Position numbers and translations under genes: made by a program
Part shown: one piece after another, positions 25,801 to 40,800 of the stretch
Numbering within the stretch: the first letter of the stretch is position 1
How the letters are laid out: each line of letters begins with the position of its first letter
Notes under the pieces: model-generated
Told to the model about the DNA's origin: nothing
What the model saw: only the letters and a program-made list of their open reading frames with translations
The model's database searches: none
Assembly (NCBI GenBank): GCA_964057225.1
Contig: OZ059899.1
Location: 3,410,001 to 3,474,000 of the forward strand
DNA length: 64,000 nt
Source of the DNA: Auanema rhodensis
Taxonomy: Eukaryota; Animalia; Nematoda
Direction: 5' to 3'

Positions 25801-28800
25801 GTACATGGAAACTCAACATACACTAATGCATCATTTTTCAAACGATCATAACTAATTTTTGTATCAAGTGTTTCTCAATGTAGTATAGTGCATTCGATGC
25901 GGATTTTTAAGCTGCGTCGATCTGTGTTATCAGATTTGCGCTAGCTTAAAAATGCACCGAGATATCAACTGATATAAGTTCACACTTATATCCTCGATTT
26001 TCACCCTGAAGAATTAATTTTTTCGTTGAATAACATTGTCTATCGTCTTTGCCTTGAGAAATGGAATCTAAAAACATCTACTTTTTGCTAAATTATTTTG
26101 AAATTTTTCGAAAAAATTTTTGTCAAAATGTTTTTGGAAGCAATGTTGAGTGTACATGGAAACTCAACATACACTAATGCATCATTTTTCAAACGATCAT
26201 AACTAATTTTTGTATCAAGCGTTTTTCAATGTAGTATAGTGCATTCGATGCGGATTTTTAAGCTGCGTCGATCTGTGTTATCAGATTTGCGCTAGCTTAA
26301 AAATGCACCGAGATATCAACTGATATAAGTTCACACTTATATCCACGATTTTCACCCTGAAGAATTAATTTTTTCGTTGAATAACATTGTCCATCGTCTT
26401 TGCCTTGAAAAATGGAATCTAAAAACATCTACTTTTTGCTAAATTATTTTGAAATTTTTCGAAAAAATTTTTGTCAAAATGTTTTTGGAAGCAATGTTGA
26501 GTGTACATGGAAACTCAACATACACTAATGCATCATTTTTCAAACGATCATAACTAATTTTTGTATCAAGCGTTTTTCAATGTAGCATAGTGCATTCGAT
26601 GCGGATTTTTAAGCTGCGTCGATCTGTGTTATCAGATTTGCGCTAGCTTAAAAATGCACCAAGATATCAACTGATATAAGTTCACATTTATATCCTCGAT
26701 TTTCACCCTGAAGAAATAATTTTTTCGTTGAATAACATTGTCCATCGTCTTTGCCTTGAAAAAAGGAATCTAAAAACATCTACTTTTTGCTAAATTATTT
26801 TGAAATTTTTCGAAAAAATTTTTGTCAAAATGTTTTTGGAAGCAATGTTGAGTGTACATGGAAACTCAACATACACTATTGCATCATTTTTCAAACGATC
26901 ATAACTAATTTTTGTATTAAGCGTTTCTCAATGTAGTATAGTGCATTCGATGCGGATTTTTTAGCTGCGTCGATCTGTGTTATCAGATTTGCGCTAGCTT
27001 AAAAATGCACCGAGATATCAACTGATATAAGTTCACACTTATATCCTCGATTTTCACCCTGAAGAATTAATTTTTTCGTTGAATAACATTGTCCATCGTC
27101 TTTGCCTTGAAAAATGGAATCTAAAAACATCTACTTTTTGCTAAATTATTTTGAAATTTTTCGAAAAAATTTTTGTCAAAATGTTTTTGGAAGCAATGTT
27201 GAGTGTACATGGAAACTCAACATACACTAATGAATCATTTTTCAAACGATCATAACTAATTTTTGTATCAAGCGTTTTTCAATGTAGTATAGTGCATTCG
27301 ATGCGGATTTTTAAGCTGCGTCGATCTGTGTTATCAGATTTGGGCTAGCTTAAAAATGCACCGAGATATCAACTGATATAAGTTCACACTTATATCCTCG
27401 ATTTTCACCCTGAAGAAATAATTTTTTCGTTGAATAACATTGTCCATCGTCTTTGCCTTGAAAAAAGGAATCTAAAAACATCTACTTTTTGCTGAATTAT
27501 TTTGAAATTTTTCGAAAAAATTTTTGTCAAAATGTTTTTGGAAGCAATGTTGAGTGTACATGGAAACTCAACATACACTAATGCATCATTTTTCAAACGA
27601 TCATAACTAATTTTTGTATTAAGCGTTTCTCAATGTAGTATAGTGCATTCGATGCGGATTTTTAAGCTGCGTCGATCTGTGTTATCAGATTTGCGCTAGC
27701 TTAAAAATGCACCGAGATATCAACTGATATAAGTTCACACTTATATCCTCGATTTTCACCCTGAAGAATTAATTTTTTCGTTGAATAACATTGTCTATCG
27801 TCTTTGCCTTGAGAAATGGAATCTAAAAACATCTACTTTTTGCTAAATTATTTTGAAATTTTTCGAAAAAATTTTTGTCAAAATGTTTTTGGAAGCAATG
27901 TTGAGTGTACATGGAAACTCAACATACACTAATGCATCATTTTTCAAACGATCATAACTAATTTTTGTATCAAGTGTTTCTCAATGTAGTATAGTGCATT
28001 CGATGCGGATTTTTAAGCTGCGTCGATCTGTGTTATCAGATTTGCGCTAGCTTAAAAATGCACCGAGATATCAACTGATATAAGTTCACACTTATATCCT
28101 CGATTTTCACCCTGAAGAAATAATTTTTTCGTTGAATAACATTGTCAATCGTCTTTGCCTTGAAAAATGGAATCTAAAAACATCTACTTTTTGCTAAATT
28201 ATTTTGAAATTTTTCGAAAAAATTTTTGTCAAAATGTTTTTGGAAGCAATGTTGAGTGTACATGGAAACTCAACATACACTAATGCATCATTTTTCAAAC
28301 AATCATAACTAATTTTTGTATCAAGTGTTTCTCAATGTAGTATAGTGCATTCGATGCGGATTTTTAAGCTGCGTCGATCTGTGTTATCAGATTTGCGCTA
28401 GCTTAAAAATGCACCGAGATATCAACTGATATAAGTTCACACTTATATCCTCGATTTTCACCCTGAAGAATTAATTTTTTCGTTGAATAACATTGTCTAT
28501 CGTCTTTGCCTTGAGAAATGGAATCTAAAAACATCTACTTTTTGCTAAATTATTTTGAAATTTTTCGAAAAAATTTTTGTCAAAATGTTTTTGGAAGCAA
28601 TGTTGAGTGTACATGGAAACTCAACATACACTAATGCATCATTTTTCAAACGATCATAACTAATTTTTGTATCAAGTGTTTCTCAATGTAGTATAGTGCA
28701 TTCGATGCGGATTTTTAAGCTGCGTCGATCTGTGTTATCAGATTTGCGCTAGCTTAAAAATGCACCGAGATATCAACTGATATAAGTTCACACTTATATC

Positions 28801-31800
28801 CTCGATTTTCACCCTGAAGAAATAATTTTTTCGTTGAATAACATTGTCCATCGTCTTTGCCTTGAAAAATGGAATCTAAAAACATCTACTTTTTGCTAAA
28901 TTATTTTGAAATTTTTCGAAAAAATTTTTGTCAAAATGTTTTTGGAAGCAATGTTGAGTGTACATGGAAACTCAACATACACTAATGCATCATTTTTCAA
29001 ACGATCATAACTAATTTTTGTATCAAGCGTTTTTCAATGTAGTATATTGCATTCGATGCGGATTTTTAAGCTGCGTCGATCTGTGTTATCAGATTTGCGC
29101 TAGCTTAAAAATGCACCGAGATATCAACTGATATAAGTTCACACTTATATCCTCGATTTTCACCCTGAAGAAATAATTTTTTCGTTGAATAACATTGTCC
29201 ATCGTCTTTGCCTTGAAAAAAGGAATCTAAAAACATCTACTTTTTGCTGAATTATTTTGAAATTTTTCGAAAAAATTTTTGTCAAAATGTTTTTGGAAGC
29301 AATGTTGAGTGTACATGGAAACTCAACATACACTAATGCATCATTTTTCAAACGATCATAACTAATTTTTGTATTAAGCGTTTCTCAATGTAGTATAGTG
29401 CATTCGATGCGGATTTTTAAGCTGCGTCGATCTGTGTTATCAGATTTGCGCTAGCTTAAAAATGCACCGAGATATCAACTAATATAAGTTCACACTTATA
29501 TCCTCGATTTTCACCCTGAAGAATTAATTTTTTCGTTGAATAACATTGTCCATCGTCTTTGCCTTGGAAAAAGGAATCTAAAAACATCTACTTTTTGCTA
29601 AATTATTTTGAAATTTTTCGAAAAAATTTTTGTCAAAATGTTTTTGGAAGCAATGTTGAGTGTACATGGAAACTCAACATACACTAATGCATCATTTTTC
29701 AAACGATCATAACTAATTTTTGTATCAAGTGTTTCTCAATGTAGTATAGTGCATTCGATGCGGATTTTTAAGCTGCGTCGATCTGTGTTATCAGATTTGC
29801 GCTAGCTTAAAAATGCACCGAGATATCAACTGATATAAGTTCACACTTATATCCTCGATTTTCACCCTGAAGAATTAATTTTTTCGTTGAATAACATTGT
29901 CTATCGTCTTTGCCTTAAGAAATGGAATCTAAAAACATCTACTTTTTGCTAAATTATTTTGAAATTTTTCGAAAAAATTTTTGTCAAAATGTTTTTGGAA
30001 GCAATGTTGAGTGTACATGGAAACTCAACATACACTAATGCATCATTTTTCAAACGATCATAACTAATTTTTGTATCAAGCGTTTTTCAATGTAGTATAG
30101 TGCATTCGATGCGGATTTTTAAGCTGCGTCGATCTGTGTTATCAGATTTGCGCTAGCTTAAAAATGCACCGAGATATCAACTGATATAAGTTCACACTTA
30201 TATCCACGATTTTCACCCTGAAGAATTAATTTTTTCGTTGAATAACATTGTCCATCGTCTTTGCCTTGAAAAAAGGAATCTAAAAACACCTACTTTTTGC
30301 TAAATTATTTTGAAATTTTTCGAAAAAATTTTTGTCAAAATGTTTTTGGAAGCAATGTTGAGTGTACATGGAAACTCAACATACACTAATGCATCATTTT
30401 TCAAACGATCATAACTAATTTTTGTATCAAGCGTTTTTCAATGTAGTATAGTGCATTCGATGCGGATTTTTAAGCTGCGTCGATCTGTGTTATCAGATTT
30501 GCGCTAGCTTAAAAATGCACCAAGATATCAACTGATATAAGTTCACATTTATATCCTCGATTTTCACCCTGAAGAATTAATTTTTTCGTTGAATAACATT
30601 GTCCATCGTCTTTGCCTTGGAAAAAGGAATCTAAAAACATCTACTTTTTGCTAAATTATTTTGAAATTTTTCGAAAAAATTTTTGTCAAAATGTTTTTGG
30701 AAGCAATGTTGAGTGTACATGGAAACTCAACATACACTAATGCATCATTTTTCAAACGATCATAACTAATTTTTGTATCAAGTGTTTCTCAATGTAGTAT
30801 AGTGCATTCGATGCGGATTTTTAAGCTGCGTCGATCTGTGTTATCAGATTTGCGCTAGCTTAAAAATGCACCGAGATATCAACTGATATAAGTTCACACT
30901 TATATCCTCGATTTTCACCCTGAAGAATTAATTTTTTCGTTGAATAACATTGTCTATCGTCTTTGCCTTAAGAAATGGAATCTAAAAACATCTACTTTTT
31001 GCTAAATTATTTTGAAATTTTTCGAAAAAATTTTTGTCAAAATGTTTTTGGAAGCAATGTTGAGTGTACATGGAAACTCAACATACACTAATGCATCATT
31101 TTTCAAACGATCATAACTAATTTTTGTATCAAGCGTTTTTCAATGTAGTATAGTGCATTCGATGCGGATTTTTAAGCTGCGTCGATCTGTGTTATCAGAT
31201 TTGCGCTAGCTTAAAAATGCACCGAGATATCAACTGATATAAGTTCACACTTATATCCACGATTTTCACCCTGAAGAATTAATTTTTTCGTTGAATAACA
31301 TTGTCCATCGTCTTTGCCTTGAAAAAAGGAATCTAAAAACACCTACTTTTTGCTAAATTATTTTGAAATTTTTCGAAAAAATTTTTGTCAAAATGTTTTT
31401 GGAAGCAATGTTGAGTGTACATGGAAACTCAACATACACTAATGCATCATTTTTCAAACGATCATAACTAATTTTTGTATCAAGCGTTTTTCAATGTAGT
31501 ATAGTGCATTCGATGCGGATTTTTAAGCTGCGTCGATCTGTGTTATCAGATTTGCGCTAGCTTAAAAATGCACCAAGATATCAACTGATATAAGTTCACA
31601 TTTATATCCTCGATTTTCACCCTGAAGAAATAATTTTTTCGTTGAATAACATTGTCCATCGTCTTTGCCTTGAAAAAAGGAATCTAAAAACATCTACTTT
31701 TTGCTGAATTATTTTGAAATTTTTCGAAAAAATTTTTGTCAAAATGTTTTTGGAAGCAATGTTGAGTGTACATGGAAACTCAACATACACTAATGCATCA

Positions 31801-34800
31801 TTTTTCAAACGATCATAACTAATTTTTGTATTAAGCGTTTCTCAATGTAGTATAGTGCATTCGATGCGGATTTTTAAGCTGCGTCGATCTGTGTTATTAG
31901 ATTTGCGCTAGCTTAAAAATGCACCGAGATATCAACTAATATAAGTTCACACTTATATCCTCGATTTTCACCCTGAAGAATTAATTTTTTCGTTGAATAA
32001 CATTGTCCATCGTCTTTGCCTTGAAAAAAGGAATCTAAAAACATCTACTTTTTGCTAAATTATTTTGAAATTTTTCGAAAAAATTTTTGTCAAAATGTTT
32101 TTGGAAGCAATGTTGAGTGTACATGGAAACTCAACATACACTAATGCATCATTTTTCAAACGATCATAACTAATTTTTGTATCAAGTGTTTCTCAATGTA
32201 GTATAGTGCATTCGATGCGGATTTTTAAGCTGCGTCGATCTGTGTTATCAGATTTGCGCTAGCTTAAAAATGCACCGAGATATCAACTGATATAAGTTCA
32301 CACTTATATCCTCGATTTTCACCCTGAAGAATTAATTTTTTCGTTGAATAACATTGTCTATCGTCTTTGCCTTGAGAAATGGAATCTAAAAACATCTACT
32401 TTTTGCTAAATTATTTTGAAATTTTTCGAAAAAATTTTTGTCAAAATGTTTTTGGAAGCAATGTTGAGTGTACATGGAAACTCAACATACACTAATGCAT
32501 CATTTTTCAAACGATCATAACTAATTTTTGTATCAAGCGTTTTTCAATGTAGTATAGTGCATTCGATGCGGATTTTTAAGCTGCGTCGATCTGTGTTATC
32601 AGATTTGCGCTAGCTTAAAAATGCACCGAGATATCAACTGATATAAGTTCACACTTATATCCACGATTTTCACCCTGAAGAATTAATTTTTTCGTTGAAT
32701 AACATTGTCCATCGTCTTTGCCTTGAAAAATGGAATCTAAAAACATCTACTTTTTGCTAAATTATTCTGAAATTTTTCGAAAAAATTTTTGTCAAAATGT
32801 TTTTGGAAGCAATGTTGAGTGTACATGGAAACTCAACATACACTAATGCATCATTTTTCAAACGATCATAACTAATTTTTGTATCAAGCGTTTTTCAATG
32901 TAGCATAGTGCATTCGATGCGGATTTTCAAGCTGCGTCGATCTGTGTTATCAGATTTGCGCTAGCTTAAAAATGCACCAAGATATCAACTGATATAAGTT
33001 CACATTTATATCCTCGATTTTCACCCTGAAGAAATAATTTTTTCGTTGAATAACATTGTCCATCGTCTTTGCCTTGAAAAAAGGAATCTAAAAACATCTA
33101 CTTTTTGCTAAATTATTTTGAAATTTTTCGAAAAAATTTTTGTCAAAATGTTTTTGGAAGCAATGTTGAGTGTACATGGAAACTCAACATACACTATTGC
33201 ATCATTTTTCAAACGATCATAACTAATTTTTGTATTAAGCGTTTCTCAATGTAGTATAGTGCATTCGATGCGGATTTTTTAGCTGCGTCGATCTGTGTTA
33301 TCAGATTTGCGCTAGCTTAAAAATGCACCGAGATATCAACTGATATAAGTTCACACTTATATCCTCGATTTTCACCCTGAAGAATTAATTTTTTCGTTGA
33401 ATAACATTGTCCATCGTCTTTGCCTTGAAAAATGGAATCTAAAAACATCTACTTTTTGCTAAATTATTTTGAAATTTTTCGAAAAAATTTTTGTCAAAAT
33501 GTTTTTGGAAGCAATGTTGAGTGTACATGGAAACTCAACATACACTAATGAATCATTTTTCAAACGATCATAACTAATTTTTGTATCAAGCGTTTTTCGA
33601 TGTAGTATAGTGCATTCGATGCGGATTTTTAAGCTGCGTCGATCTGTGTTATCAGATTTGGGCTAGCTTAAAAATGCACCGAGATATCAACTGATATAAG
33701 TTCACACTTATATCCTCGATTTTCACCCTGAAGAAATAATTTTTTCGTTGAATAACATTGTCCATCGTCTTTGCCTTGAAAAAAGGAATCTAAAAACATC
33801 TACTTTTTGCTGAATTATTTTGAAATTTTTCGAAAAAATTTTTGTCAAAATGTTTTTGGAAGCAATGTTGAGTGTACATGGAAACTCAACATACACTAAT
33901 GCATCATTTTTCAAACGATCATAACTAATTTCTGTATTAAGCGTTTCTCAATGTAGTATAGTGCATTCGATGCGGATTTTTAAGCTGCGTCGATCTGTGT
34001 TATCAGATTTGCGCTAGCTTAAAAATGCACCGAGATATCAACTGATATAAGTTCACACTTATATCCACGATTTTCACCCTGAAGAATTAATTTTTTCGTT
34101 GAATAACATTGTCCATCGTCTTTGCCTTGAAAAATGGAATCTAAAAACATCTACTTTTTGCTAAATTATTTTGAAATTTTTCGAAAAAATTTTTGTCAAA
34201 ATGTTTTTGGAAGCAATGTTGAGTGTACATGGAAACTCAACATACACTAATGCATCATTTTTCAAACGATCATAACTAATTTTTGTATTAAGCGTTTCTC
34301 AATGTAGCATAGTGCATTCGATGCGGATTTTTAAGCTGCGTCGATCTGTGTTATCAGATTTGCGCTAGCTTAAAAATGCACCAAGATATCAACTGATATA
34401 AGTTCACATTTATATCCTCGATTTTCACCCTGAAGAAATAATTTTTTCGTTGAATAACATTGTCCATCGTCTTTGCCTTGAAAAAAGGAATCTAAAAACA
34501 TCTACTTTTTGCTAAATTATTTTGAAATTTTTCGAAAAAATTTTTGTCAAAATGTTTTTGGAAGCAATGTTGAGTGTACATGGAAACTCAACATACACTA
34601 TTGCATCATTTTTCAAACGATCATAACTAATTTTTGTATTAAGCGTTTCTCAATGTAGTATAGTGCATTCGATGCGGATTTTTTAGCTGCGTCGATCTGT
34701 GTTATCAGATTTGCGCTAGCTTAAAAATGCACCGAGATATCAACTGATATAAGTTCACACTTATATCCTCGATTTTCACCCTGAAGAATTAATTTTTTCG

Positions 34801-37800
34801 TTGAATAACATTGTCCATCGTCTTTGCCTTGAAAAATGGAATCTAAAAACATCTACTTTTTGCTAAATTATTTTGAAATTTTTCGAAAAAATTTTTGTCA
34901 AAATGTTTTTGGAAGCAATGTTGAGTGTACATGGAAACTCAACATACACTAATGAATCATTTTTCAAACGATCATAACTAATTTTTGTATCAAGCGTTTT
35001 TCAATGTAGTATAGTGCATTCGATGCGGATTTTTAAGCTGCGTCGATCTGTGTTATCAGATTTGGGCTAGCTTAAAAATGCACCGAGATATCAACTGATA
35101 TAAGTTCACACTTATATCCTCGATTTTCACCCTGAAGAAATAATTTTTTCGTTGAATAACATTGTCCATCGTCTTTGCCTTGAAAAAAGGAATCTAAAAA
35201 CATCTACTTTTTGCTGAATTATTTTGAAATTTTTCGAAAAAATTTTTGTCAAAATGTTTTTGGAAGCAATGTTGAGTGTACATGGAAACTCAACATACAC
35301 TAATGCATCATTTTTCAAACGATCATAACTAATTTTTGTATTAAGCGTTTCTCAATGTAGTATAGTGCATTCGATGCGGATTTTTAAGCTGCGTCGATCT
35401 GTGTTATCAGATTTGCGCTAGCTTAAAAATGCACCGAGATATCAACTGATATAAGTTCACACTTATATCCACGATTTTCACCCTGAAGAATTAATTTTTT
35501 CGTTGAATAACATTGTCCATCGTCTTTGCCTTGAAAAATGGAATCTAAAAACATCTACTTTTTGCTAAATTATTTTGAAATTTTTCGAAAAAATTTTTGT
35601 CAAAATGTTTTTGGAAGCAATGTTGAGTGTACATGGAAACTCAACATACACTAATGCATCATTTTTCAAACGATCATAACTGATTTTTGTATCAAGTGTT
35701 TCTCAATGTAGTATAGTGCATTCGATGCGGATTTTTAAGCTGCGTCGATCTGTGTTATCAGATTTGCGCTAGCTTAAAAATGCACCGAGATATCAACTGA
35801 TATAAGTTCACACTTATATCCTCGATTTTCACCCTGAAGAATTAATTTTTTCGTTGAATAACATTGTCTATCGTCTTTGCCTTGAGAAATGGAATCTAAA
35901 AACATCTACTTTTTGCTAAATTATTTTGAAATTTTTCGAAAAAATTTTTGTCAAAATGTTTTTGGAAGCAATGTTGAGTGTACATGGAAACTCAACATAC
36001 ACTAATGCATCATTTTTCAAACGATCATAACTAATTTTTGTATCAAGTGTTTCTCAATGTAGTATAGTGCATTCGATGCGGATTTTTAAGCTGCGTCGAT
36101 CTGTGTTATCAGATTTGCGCTAGCTTACAAATGCACCGAGATATCAACTGATATAAGTTCACACTTATATCCTCGATTTTCACCCTGAAGAAATAATTTT
36201 TTCGTTGAATAACATTGTCAATCGTCTTTGCCTTGAAAAATGGAATCTAAAAACATCTACTTTTTGCTAAATTATTTTGAAATTTTTCGAAAAAATTTTT
36301 GTCAAAATGTTTTTGGAAGCAATGTTGAGTGTACATGGAAACTCAACATACACTAATGCATCATTTTTCAAACAATCATAACTAATTTTTGTATCAAGTG
36401 TTTCTCAATGTAGTATAGTGCATTCGATGCGGATTTTTAAGCTGCGTCGATCTGTGTTATCAGATTTGCGCTAGCTTAAAAATGCACCGAGATATCAACT
36501 GATATAAGTTCACACTTATATCCTCGATTTTCACCCTGAAGAATTAATTTTTTCGTTGAATAACATTGTCTATCGTCTTTGCCTTGAGAAATGGAATCTA
36601 AAAACATCTACTTTTTGCTAAATTATTTTGAAAATTTTCGAAAAAATTTTTGTCAAAATGTTTTTGGAAGCAATGTTGAGTGTACATGGAAACTCAACAT
36701 ACACTAATGCATCATTTTTCAAACGATCATAACTAATTTTTGTATCAAGTGTTTCTCAATGTAGTATAGTGCATTCGATGCGGATTTTTAAGCTGCGTCG
36801 ATCTGTGTTATCAGATTTGCGCTAGCTTAAAAATGCACCGAGATATCAACTGATATAAGTTCACACTTATATCCTCGATTTTCACCCTGAAGAAATAATT
36901 TTTTCGTTGAATAACATTGTCCATCGTCTTTGCCTTGAAAAATGGAATCTAAAAACATCTACTTTTTGCTAAATTATTTTGAAATTTTTCGAAAAAATTT
37001 TTGTCAAAATGTTTTTGGAAGCAATGTTGAGTGTACATGGAAACTCAACATACACTAATGCATCATTTTTCAAACGATCATAACTAATTTTTGTATCAAG
37101 CGTTTTTCAATGTAGTATATTGCATTCGATGCGGATTTTTAAGCTGCGTCGATCTGTGTTATCAGATTTGCGCTAGCTTAAAAATGCACCGAGATATCAA
37201 CTGATATAAGTTCACACTTATATCCTCGATTTTCACCCTGAAGAAATAATTTTTTCGTTGAATAACATTGTCCATCGTCTTTGCCTTGAAAAAAGGAATC
37301 TAAAAACATCTACTTTTTGCTGAATTATTTTGAAATTTTTCGAAAAAATTTTTGTCAAAATGTTTTTGGAAGCAATGTTGAGTGTACATGGAAACTCAAC
37401 ATACACTAATGCATCATTTTTCAAACGATCATAACTAATTTTTGTATTAAGCGTTTCTCAATGTAGTATAGTGCATTCGATGCGGATTTTTAAGCTGCGT
37501 CGATCTGTGTTATCAGATTTGCGCTAGCTTAAAAATGCACCGAGATATCAACTAATATAAGTTCACACTTATATCCTCGATTTTCACCCTGAAGAATTAA
37601 TTTTTTCGTTGAATAACATTGTCCATCGTCTTTGCCTTGGAAAAAGGAATCTAAAAACATCTACTTTTTGCTAAATTATTTTGAAATTTTTCGAAAAAAT
37701 TTTTGTCAAAATGTTTTTGGAAGCAATGTTGAGTGTACATGGAAACTCAACATACACTAATGCATCATTTTTCAAACGATCATAACTAATTTTTGTATCA

Positions 37801-40800
37801 AGTGTTTCTCAATGTAGTATAGTGCATTCGATGCGGATTTTTAAGCTGCGTCGATCTGTGTTATCAGATTTGCGCTAGCTTAAAAATGCACCGAGATATC
37901 AACTGATATAAGTTCACACTTATATCCTCGATTTTCACCCTGAAGAATTAATTTTTTCGTTGAATAACATTGTCTATCGTCTTTGCCTTAAGAAATGGAA
38001 TCTAAAAACATCTACTTTTTGCTAAATTATTTTGAAATTTTTCGAAAAAATTTTTGTCAAAATGTTTTTGGAAGCAATGTTGAGTGTACATGGAAACTCA
38101 ACATACACTAATGCATCATTTTTCAAACGATCATAACTAATTTTTGTATCAAGCGTTTTTCAATGTAGTATAGTGCATTCGATGCGGATTTTTAAGCTGC
38201 GTCGATCTGTGTTATCAGATTTGCGCTAGCTTAAAAATGCACCGAGATATCAACTGATATAAGTTCACACTTATATCCACGATTTTCACCCTGAAGAATT
38301 AATTTTTTCGTTGAATAACATTGTCCATCGTCTTTGCCTTGAAAAATGGAATTTAAAAACACCTACTTTTTGCTAAATTATTTTGAAATTTTTCGAAAAA
38401 ATTTTTGTCAAAATGTTTTTGGAAGCAATGTTGAGTGTACATGGAAACTCAACATACACTAATGCATCATTTTTCAAACGATCATAACTAATTTTTGTAT
38501 CAAGCGTTTTTCAATGTAGTATAGTGCATTCGATGCGGATTTTTAAGCTGCGTCGATCTGTGTTATCAGATTTGCGCTAGCTTAAAAATGCACCAAGATA
38601 TCAACTGATATAAGTTCACATTTATATCCTCGATTTTCACCCTGAAGAAATAATTTTTTCGTTGAATAACATTGTCCATCGTCTTTGCCTTGAAAAAAGG
38701 AATCTAAAAACATCTACTTTTTGCTGAATTATTTTGAAATTTTTCGAAAAAATTTTTGTCAAAATGTTTTTGGAAGCAATGTTGAGTGTACATGGAAACT
38801 CAACATACACTAATGCATCATTTTTCAAACGATCATAACTAATTTTTGTATTAAGCGTTTCTCAATGTAGTATAGTGCATTCGATGCGGATTTTTAAGCT
38901 GCGTCGATCTGTGTTATCAGATTTGCGCTAGCTTAAAAATGCACCGAGATATCAACTAATATAAGTTCACACTTATATCCTCGATTTTCACCCTGAAGAA
39001 TTAATTTTTTCGTTGAATAACATTGTCCATCGTCTTTGCCTTGAAAAAAGGAATCTAAAAACATCTACTTTTTGCTAAATTATTTTGAAATTTTTCGAAA
39101 AAATTTTTGTCAAAATGTTTTTGGAAGCAATGTTGAGTGTACATGGAAACTCAACATACACTAATGCATCATTTTTCAAACGATCATAACTAATTTTTGT
39201 ATCAAGTGTTTCTCAATGTAGTATAGTGCATTCGATGCGGATTTTTAAGCTGCGTCGATCTGTGTTATCAGATTTGCGCTAGCTTAAAAATGCACCGAGA
39301 TATCAACTGATATAAGTTCACACTTATATCCTCGATTTTCACCCTGAAGAATTAATTTTTTCGTTGAATAACATTGTCTATCGTCTTTGCCTTGAGAAAT
39401 GGAATCTAAAAACATCTACTTTTTGCTAAATTATTTTGAAATTTTTCGAAAAAATTTTTGTCAAAATGTTTTTGGAAGCAATGTTGAGTGTACATGGAAA
39501 CTCAACATACACTAATGCATCATTTTTCAAACGATCATAACTAATTTTTGTATCAAGCGTTTTTCAATGTAGTATAGTGCATTCGATGCGGATTTTTAAG
39601 CTGCGTCGATCTGTGTTATCAGATTTGCGCTAGCTTAAAAATGCACCGAGATATCAACTGATATAAGTTCACATTTATATCCTCGATTTTCACCCTGAAG
39701 AAATAATTTTTTCGTTGAATAACATTGTCCATCGTCTTTGCCTTGAAAAAAGGAATCTAAAAACATCTACTTTTTGCTAAATTATTTTGAAATTTTTCGA
39801 AAAAATTTTTGTCAAAATGTTTTTGGAAGCAATGTTGAGTGTACATGGAAACTCAACATACACTATTGCATCATTTTTCAAACGATCATAACTAATTTTT
39901 GTATTAAGCGTTTCTCAATGTAGTATAGTGCATTCGATGCGGATTTTTTAGCTGCGTCGATCTGTGTTATCAGATTTGCGCTAGCTTAAAAATGCACCGA
40001 GATATCAACTGATATAAGTTCACACTTATATCCTCGATTTTCACCCTGAAGAATTAATTTTTTCGTTGAATAACATTGTCCATCGTCTTTGCCTTGAAAA
40101 ATGGAATCTAAAAACATCTACTTTTTGCTAAATTATTTTGAAATTTTTCGAAAAAATTTTTGTCAAAATGTTTTTGGAAGCAATGTTGAGTGTACATGGA
40201 AACTCAACATACACTAATGAATCATTTTTCAAACGATCATAACTAATTTTTGTATCAAGCGTTTTTCGATGTAGTATAGTGCATTCGATGCGGATTTTTA
40301 AGCTGCGTCGATCTGTGTTATCAGATTTGGGCTAGCTTAAAAATGCACCGAGATATCAACTGATATAAGTTCACACTTATATCCTCGATTTTCACCCTGA
40401 AGAAATAATTTTTTCGTTGAATAACATTGTCCATCGTCTTTGCCTTGAAAAAAGGAATCTAAAAACATCTACTTTTTGCTGAATTATTTTGAAATTTTTC
40501 GAAAAAATTTTTGTCAAAATGTTTTTGGAAGCAATGTTGAGTGTACATGGAAACTCAACATACACTAATGCATCATTTTTCAAACGATCATAACTAATTT
40601 TTGTATTAAGCGTTTCTCAATGTAGTATAGTGCATTCGATGCGGATTTTTAAGCTGCGTCGATCTGTGTTATCAGATTTGCGCTAGCTTAAAAATGCACC
40701 GAGATATCAACTGATATAAGTTCACACTTATATCCACGATTTTCACCCTGAAGAATTAATTTTTTCGTTGAATAACATTGTCCATCGTCTTTGCCTTGAA

